NCBI RefSeq assembly: GCF_010671925.1
Contig: NZ_JAAHIH010000001.1
Span: 869,053-933,052 of the forward strand
Direction of reading: 5' to 3'
Origin: Moorena sp. SIOASIH
GTDB lineage: Bacteria; Cyanobacteriota; Cyanobacteriia; Cyanobacteriales; Coleofasciculaceae
Length of the DNA: 64,000 nt
A program made the translations under genes and the position numbers. Positions within the stretch are counted from its first letter, which is position 1. Each line of letters begins with the position of its first letter. Below are positions 58,521-64,000 of the stretch, piece after piece. A model generated the notes under the pieces. That model was not told the origin of the DNA and did no database searches. It worked only from the letters and a program-made list of their open reading frames with translations.

Positions 58521-59680
58521 TTAATGGCTGCATTATGGTCGCGATCCAACACACACCCACACGAGCAAGTATGCGTTCTGGTTGATAGCGATTTTTTGAC
58601 AACTTCACCACATTTTGAACAGTTCTGACTAGTATAAGCAGGGTTAACGGCTATTGTTTGCCTGCCAAACTTTTGTCCAAAATATTCCAGCCATTTTCTA
58701 AATTGATACCAACCTGCATCATTAATAGACTTGGCAAGACAATGATTTTTTACCAAATTTTTTACCCTCAAGTCTTCGTAAGCGACCACGTCGTTAGAGT
58801 GGATTACGCAGCGCGCCAGTCTCTTGGCGTGCTCTTCACGCTGCCTACTTATCTTAAGGTGTGTTCTACCTAGTCTATTAATGGCTTTTTTGCGATTGAC
58901 TGAGCCTTTCTTTTTGCGAAAAACCCGACGTTGATAAAACTTAAGCAGTTTCTCACCCTTACGATAAAACCTTGGATTTGTCTCTACACCTCCCTTGGAG
59001 TCGGTATAAAACTCCTTAAGTCCAACGTCTAAACCAACGTTGGTGTGCGAAGGCTCTAAAGGTTTGCTAATATCAACTTTGATACAAAACTGAACATAAT
59101 AGCCATCCGCTCGGCGCACTAATCTAACTCGTTTTATCAGCGTCTGATCGTAACGCCATAACTCCCAGGTTCCTTTTAGTTTTAGTTTCCCAATACCTTT
59201 TTTGTCTAAAAAATTTATTGATTTAGTATCGGGGGATAGTTTCCAGCCAGATGTTTTATACTCAACTGACCTAGAAAACTTCTTAAACTTAGGATATCCC
59301 TTTTTACCAGGGACTTGTTTTTTACATTTATCGTAAAATCTAGAAATTGAGTTGTAAGCTCTTTCAACTGAAGCTTGACAGGCATGAGAATTTAAGGCTT
59401 TAACAAAGGGATACTCAGACCTGAGCCACGTATTATGACGATACAAGTCTTTTTGTCCTATACCTTTATTGTCCATCCAGTAACGGATGCACTTGTTCCG
59501 AACAAACTGACCGGTGCGAATCGCCTCATCAATCGCAGCATATTGAGTTTTATTCCCTTTGACCTTAAATTCTAAGACTATCATTTTGACGTGGAACAAC
59601 TCTACGTAATATTATAGCACGAAAAAAATAAAGCCGTCCTTCTAGGACGGGGCTTGAGGCCCAAATTTTTGGTCAACCAC
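58354..59680. mobile_element. tnpB-only IS200/IS605-family element, full length
   Basis: RE hairpin 58362-58389 (CTCCCCGTCCTAGAAGAACGGGGATTC) and LE hairpin 59632-59652 (GCCGTCCTTCTAGGACGGGGC). Same ends as the mini element at 24163-24696 and the truncated copy at 7205. Confidence 0.7.
58403..59599 (-). CDS. tnpB: TnpB (RuvC-like RNA-guided nuclease)
   Basis: RuvC triad VGLDVGLKEF / EDLRVKNL / DRDHNAAINI, and Zn finger CSKCG...CSCGC. Confidence 0.85.
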   Translation of the reverse strand: MFHVKMIVLEFKVKGNKTQYAAIDEAIRTGQFVRNKCIRYWMDNKGIGQKDLYRHNTWLRSEYPFVKALNSHACQASVERAYNSISRFYDKCKKQVPGKKGYPKFKKFSRSVEYKTSGWKLSPDTKSINFLDKKGIGKLKLKGTWELWRYDQTLIKRVRLVRRADGYYVQFCIKVDISKPLEPSHTNVGLDVGLKEFYTDSKGGVETNPRFYRKGEKLLKFYQRRVFRKKKGSVNRKKAINRLGRTHLKISRQREEHAKRLARCVIHSNDVVAYEDLRVKNLVKNHCLAKSINDAGWYQFRKWLEYFGQKFGRQTIAVNPAYTSQNCSKCGEVVKKSLSTRTHTCSCGCVLDRDHNAAINILKRALGTVGHTGTWIIDPNALGESASTLPDSGLEEPR

Positions 59681-59922
59681 CGGATTCGACAGAGTGACTG
59701 AGATCTACTCCGTTTAAGGGGATATGAAAGCAATACCACAAAATTTACCCTTAAGATGTGCCTGTTGATACTAAATTTTAGGGCTAATCTTAAGCAGTAA
59801 GCAGTAAGCTATCAGTTATCAGCTATCAGCATTCAGCCGTGAATGCTGACCTTAAGGATTCTTCTAAGCCTGAGATATCGCCTGTTTGTGGCATTGCTGA
59901 ACGCCACTTTGAGAGCTATAAT

Positions 59923-60282
59923 TTACCAATTCATCAGTTCATCTATTACAGTGCGAATACGATAAGTGTTCCGGTCACAAGTATTGACACAAATAACATC
60001 TACCCTGACATAATCACCTTTGGGAGCACATACAAGATTAAAAATAACGTTATTTCCTCTTTTATAGCGCCATGCGTGAAATTCAGTTTTTTCGATTTCT
60101 CCTCCATTTACAAGAATATCCATTTTTTTTATAGCTATATTGTTACAGCTTGTCTCACTCCCACTACTAACGGCATGCCAACCTGTACTACCTCCCTCTC
60201 CGGTTATTGCATTAGCTAATCCTTGGTTTAGGGTCATACTTACAATAGTTGCAACAGATAAAATGCTTAATTTCTTTAACAT
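59923..60282 (-). CDS. small secreted Cys-containing protein (signal peptide) in an AT-rich cassette
   Basis: Leader MLKKLSILSVATIVSMTLNQGLANA and six Cys residues. Local GC is far below the window average. Confidence 0.45.
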   Translation of the reverse strand: MLKKLSILSVATIVSMTLNQGLANAITGEGGSTGWHAVSSGSETSCNNIAIKKMDILVNGGEIEKTEFHAWRYKRGNNVIFNLVCAPKGDYVRVDVICVNTCDRNTYRIRTVIDELMNW

Positions 60283-60318
60283 CGTGATTCCTCCTTATCT
60301 CTTGTTAACTAATTTTAG

Positions 60319-60369
60319 AACATCTTATTTTTATTGATTATTCTTAATAATCAATAAAAATAAGATGTT
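60319..60369. promoter_or_regulatory. perfect 24-bp-arm palindrome (AACATCTTATTTTTATTGATTATT ctt AATAATCAATAAAAATAAGATGTT) immediately upstream of 59923..60282
   Basis: Direct reading. Candidate operator or bidirectional terminator. Confidence 0.6.
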
Positions 60370-60772
60370 TTTTGAAAACTTAAAATTACTTAATATTTAT
60401 TGTGTATCAATTTAAGGCATTGCTGAATTAAAATAGATAATAGCGTTTTCAAACGAGTTGTAAAGTCATAGATTGTCGAAAAAGGCAAGAGACAAGAGGC
60501 AAAAGGCAAGAGGGAAAAGAGCTCCAGAGTTTTATAGCAAACTCAAAAAAGACCTTTTCAGTTTACATCTCAAATACAAATGCTATAAAACCGTAGGGGG
60601 TAAATCTCAATGCATGCTGTTTGCTCCGGTGGGTGGAATAGGCATCTTGCCCGTGGGTGGAACGGGCATCTTGCCCGTGGGTGGAACGGGGCGGGTTGTC
60701 TCAACCCTGGCTACGAGGCGGAACATGAATGCTCCCCTAACGCACCCTACTGGGCTAATCTTAAGGATTCAT

Positions 60773-61354
60773 CTAAGCCTCACAGATAGCCTGTCTGAAG
60801 TACCTAATCGCTTCAACTTTGGAAGCCATCATCACACACCGAGACAATAAGTCAAGATCTAAATCTGGCAAGACTTCACTCTGGGAAATTTTTTCGTAAC
60901 CATCAGAGCGCAAGTGATACAAAGCAAATACACCATCCTCCCAAAACCAAACTTCGGGTACTCCTAATGCTTGGTAACGACTTAGTTTGCTCTGATTACC
61001 ACTGGTAAAGACAACTTCAATAGAGAGGTCTGCAATCACTCCTGAGGATCTACCAATTAGGTAAGATTGGTCTGCTTGTGCAGATGCTTCCCCTTCCTTC
61101 TCTTGGGTAAAGCTACCGGTTGGAGTAAACTCAATTTGTTTTTCAACAAAATAAGTACCCAGCAACAGTGCTATGACACCACTGAAGACTTCATGGTCTT
61201 GGGAAACTGCCAATATTTCTACCTCACCCCTGTAGTAGAACAGTCGAATTCCTGGGGAGTTGACGAACCCCGCTTGAATTGATTTGAAGTTATCCCAACT
61301 TACCCCGGAGTGGACTAGCCGTTGGTCTTTTTGTTTATCTACGACATAGGTCAT
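60773..61354 (-). CDS. Uma2-family (DUF820) PD-(D/E)xK endonuclease-like protein
   Basis: Characteristic EVxS/ExxD...EY/WxxD core (VEILAVSQD...GVPEVWFWEDG). Confidence 0.8.
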   Translation of the reverse strand: MTYVVDKQKDQRLVHSGVSWDNFKSIQAGFVNSPGIRLFYYRGEVEILAVSQDHEVFSGVIALLLGTYFVEKQIEFTPTGSFTQEKEGEASAQADQSYLIGRSSGVIADLSIEVVFTSGNQSKLSRYQALGVPEVWFWEDGVFALYHLRSDGYEKISQSEVLPDLDLDLLSRCVMMASKVEAIRYFRQAICEA

Positions 61355-61522
61355 GGCGATTATTCCTTGTTCACCATAGAAAGCCTAATCAATAAGTTTG
61401 CGATCGCAAATTCATTACTACCATCTTTGTAACCATTCAGCTGACAGCTGAGGGCTGACAGCTGAGGGCTGACAGCTGACGCATCTTTCCTTACCAGATT
61501 AGCGAGATTTTACCCCCTTCAG

Positions 61523-62377
61523 CTATTGAACATTTGTCACCCTACCGAGACGAGTAAAGCGAATTTCAATTCTGCGCCTAGTTTGATCATCCTTTAAACT
61601 AATCGGAGCAATTTGCCCATTAGGTAAAATTAACTGGGCTGCAGAATAAGCTCGAAATTGCAGCCCCTTGAGCCGCCCTTCTTTAGCTTGAATCTCACGC
61701 AGTAATTGCACAACTGCCAAAGCTCGCATCAGTCCTAAATCAGCATTAGATCCTGGTCTAAGTTGACTGATAGAGGAATTTTTATTAACCACATTCCCAA
61801 TAGTTTGGTCGATATTGCTACCACCAAGATTAGGTTGACCATCGGTGTGACCAATTAGTTCTACTACATTAATTTCATAGTCCTTGGCATTGCTTTCAAT
61901 AGCAGGGACAATTTGCTGCCGAATATAATCCTTCATCGCTGAGGGAATTTCCGCACTGCCGGAATCAAATCGGTAATTCCCCTGATCTTTGATTACAATA
62001 ATCGGAGGTGTATCTGGTGGTTTTGGTGCTGCAGCAATCTGTACCTGCAAAGACCTAACCTGCTGTTCTAGTGCCTTTTGGCGGTCAGTTGAGCGCTTTG
62101 CCCTAGCTCTCCAAACCGCCACACCACGCTCAAGTTGATCAACCCGAGCTGCCTTAGCTCGTAATTCCGCATTCTCCCTTGCTAATTGCACCACTTCATC
62201 TTCACTTCTGGTGAGATCATCAATGGTTGATTCCAAGGAAGTTTGTGCCAGCACAGACTTCAAAATAGACAGCAACAAAAATAAGATCAGGATCATGAAG
62301 GCATTAGACATTAAGTCTGTAAAGGCTGGCCAGAGATTTATCTCTTCATTCCAATCATTATTTCGTGAACGACGCAT
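61523..62377 (-). CDS. MotB/ZorB-like protein: N-terminal TM with conserved Asp, coiled coil, C-terminal OmpA-like peptidoglycan-binding domain
   Basis: LWPAFTDLMSNAFMILILF (MotB plug/TM with D). OmpA-like VELIGHTDGQP...NADLGLMRALAVVQLL...RRIEIRF. Confidence 0.75.
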   Translation of the reverse strand: MRRSRNNDWNEEINLWPAFTDLMSNAFMILILFLLLSILKSVLAQTSLESTIDDLTRSEDEVVQLARENAELRAKAARVDQLERGVAVWRARAKRSTDRQKALEQQVRSLQVQIAAAPKPPDTPPIIVIKDQGNYRFDSGSAEIPSAMKDYIRQQIVPAIESNAKDYEINVVELIGHTDGQPNLGGSNIDQTIGNVVNKNSSISQLRPGSNADLGLMRALAVVQLLREIQAKEGRLKGLQFRAYSAAQLILPNGQIAPISLKDDQTRRRIEIRFTRLGRVTNVQ

Positions 62378-62693
62378 TTTATCAATTCTCTGTCAATTTT
62401 CTAGTTATTATTCTTCATTTGCCGTAAGCATTCAGCTATCAGCTATCAGCTATCAGCTATCAGCTATCAGCTATCAGCTATCAGCTATCAGCTATCAGCT
62501 ATCAGCTATCAGCTATCAGTTATCAGCTATCAGCTTATGGGCTACGGGCATAAGCTTAGATGGGCAAATCCCCAGACTTTAAATTCTCATTAATCTCGAA
62601 CTATTAAATTCTCCCCTCCGAGGTTTATTTTAAGCTGACTGCTGACAGCTGACTGCTGACAGCTGACGGCTGACAGCTAACGATTTGCCAGGT

Positions 62694-64000
62694 TTATCGT
62701 TCACTGCTCAAACGCCTGACTAGCTCTCCTACAGTCATATCTTGGGTTATGCGAGTTGAACCATCAACTTGATTGGACTCAGTCATTTTTGTGCTAATCT
62801 TAGCAATTTCTTGATTGGTGTTATTGAGATGATTGACAACTTTTTCAAGATTGTGTCGCATAATTTCATAATTATGCTGGTCAGTATTAGCTTGCTGAGT
62901 AAGACTTTCATCAAGGCGATCGCCTAAAGCCTGAATTCCCAGACTTACTCCTTCGGTATAGCTTTTAACATTGGACACTAACTTAGCCAATTCAGCCTGA
63001 ACGTCACTCAAGCTATCGCTTCGAGAAACAATCCGTTGCTCTAATTGATCAAGCCGAGCGATCGCTGACTGAAATCCCTGTGCTCCTTGCTGAAGTTGGG
63101 GGATAATCTTCCCTAGGGCTTGTTGACTGTGATGATGCTGTTTCACTACATCTAGAGAAGATTGTCTGAGGGCACTGATTTCTTCTGCCAATTTTACCAA
63201 CTTAACCCCATGACGTTGAAGTTCAGCCATTGCTACTCCCATCCCTTGGACTGATTGCGATAGCATACTAGCTGACTCAGAGAAACTGCTTTGGGTTCTG
63301 GTTAAATCTACTGTAGCCTTAGATAATTTTTGAGGAAACTGGCTATGCTCAAAGGTTTGAGCAACTTGGGTAAATTGAGCAGCAGCTAACTGAAATTCCT
63401 CAGCACTTCTGGCGATCGTACTAGCAGCTTGGAAGAATCTATTGTAAGAATTTTCGGCTAGTTTAAGCACTTGAGTGTTAGCATCAGCAATTTCTTGCAC
63501 TTTTTCTCGTAGTGAGGATTCCACTGCCTCTCGAACAGTCTGACCAAATCTCGCCAAAAAGCTTTCAAAAATATTGGACATCCCCTGAACCAATATATCC
63601 AGGCGTGTTTGCCCTACTAAAGTGGGCTGATAAATATTATCCAAGTAGTCCTCTAAGTAACTAATTAGATTATTTTTGGCTAGCCCTGTATTGAAGGCGA
63701 CGTTAACTACGGTTAAGACAGCACTAAAAAAGATAGCGGTTAAGCTAGTGGTAAAAGCAATCCCCATCCCTTCTAGGGGTTGCTGTAATTGGTTAACTAA
63801 AGTATTGATATCGGTAGCATCAGACTGACTGATTGTTTGACTCAGTGCTAACAAATTGATGGTGATGCCGATAAAGGTACCTAGTAAGCCAAACGATAGC
63901 AGTAAGCTAGGCATAATCCGACCAATGTAATCAATTTGGTCACAAGATATGCCAACAACTTTCTCGTGGCTGTAGGCTTGGTCAATTAATGCGCCTGTAT
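62694..64000 (-). CDS. MotA/TolQ/ExbB-family proton-channel protein with ~310-aa C-terminal coiled-coil tail (ZorA-like); N-terminus lies beyond the window edge
   Basis: Signature TM3/TM4 motifs GLLGTFIGI and EGMGIAFTTSLTAIFFSAVL, then a long heptad-rich tail. The ORF is open to the window end. Confidence 0.7.
   Translation of the reverse strand, partial: TGALIDQAYSHEKVVGISCDQIDYIGRIMPSLLLSFGLLGTFIGITINLLALSQTISQSDATDINTLVNQLQQPLEGMGIAFTTSLTAIFFSAVLTVVNVAFNTGLAKNNLISYLEDYLDNIYQPTLVGQTRLDILVQGMSNIFESFLARFGQTVREAVESSLREKVQEIADANTQVLKLAENSYNRFFQAASTIARSAEEFQLAAAQFTQVAQTFEHSQFPQKLSKATVDLTRTQSSFSESASMLSQSVQGMGVAMAELQRHGVKLVKLAEEISALRQSSLDVVKQHHHSQQALGKIIPQLQQGAQGFQSAIARLDQLEQRIVSRSDSLSDVQAELAKLVSNVKSYTEGVSLGIQALGDRLDESLTQQANTDQHNYEIMRHNLEKVVNHLNNTNQEIAKISTKMTESNQVDGSTRITQDMTVGELVRRLSSER

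Noticed and set aside
60473-60850. 125-aa ORF starting MSKKARDKRQKARGKR
   Set aside because: Spans a purine-rich repeat, a 21-mer triplication and the right direct repeat of the cassette. It overlaps the Uma2 gene on the opposite strand.
1-64000. tRNA/rRNA genes
   Set aside because: No cloverleaf-compatible segments or rRNA-like conserved blocks were recognised by eye. A tRNAscan run would be needed to be sure.

Overview
This 64 kb window comes from a filamentous cyanobacterial chromosome. HIP1 octamers (GCGATCGC) are frequent, STRR-like heptanucleotide tandem arrays are abundant, and the window carries a pentapeptide-repeat protein and CHAT/FGE-sulfatase and Uma2/DUF820 genes. Housekeeping genes (lhgO, thiE-thiS, cbiX, priA, ruvC, lepB, tsaE, pyrC, a group-2 sigma factor and an HK/NarL two-component pair) are interleaved with accessory and mobile material. 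The mobile material includes an IscB RNA-guided nuclease with an upstream omega-RNA region, two full tnpB-only IS200/IS605-type elements, one truncated tnpB copy, one ~540 bp ORF-less mini-derivative, a MITE-like family with GTAAGCATTCAGC termini, and a nested-hairpin repeat family. The 24.7-35.5 kb segment looks like a defence island. It contains a co-oriented three-gene cluster: a tandem-wHTH protein, a NACHT-like STAND NTPase, and a 913-aa fusion of a DEDDy 3'-5' exonuclease, a Cas4-like 4-Cys PD-(D/E)xK nuclease and an FtsK motor domain. I cannot match this cluster to a described system. Next to it is a CHAT-caspase/FGE-sulfatase plus trypco2 conflict module with a tandem FGS-domain duplication. 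The window ends in a Zorya-like MotA/MotB pair (ZorA-like long coiled-coil tail) followed by an Uma2 nuclease and an AT-rich cassette bounded by 35-bp direct repeats. All calls rest on motifs read by eye; nothing was searched.
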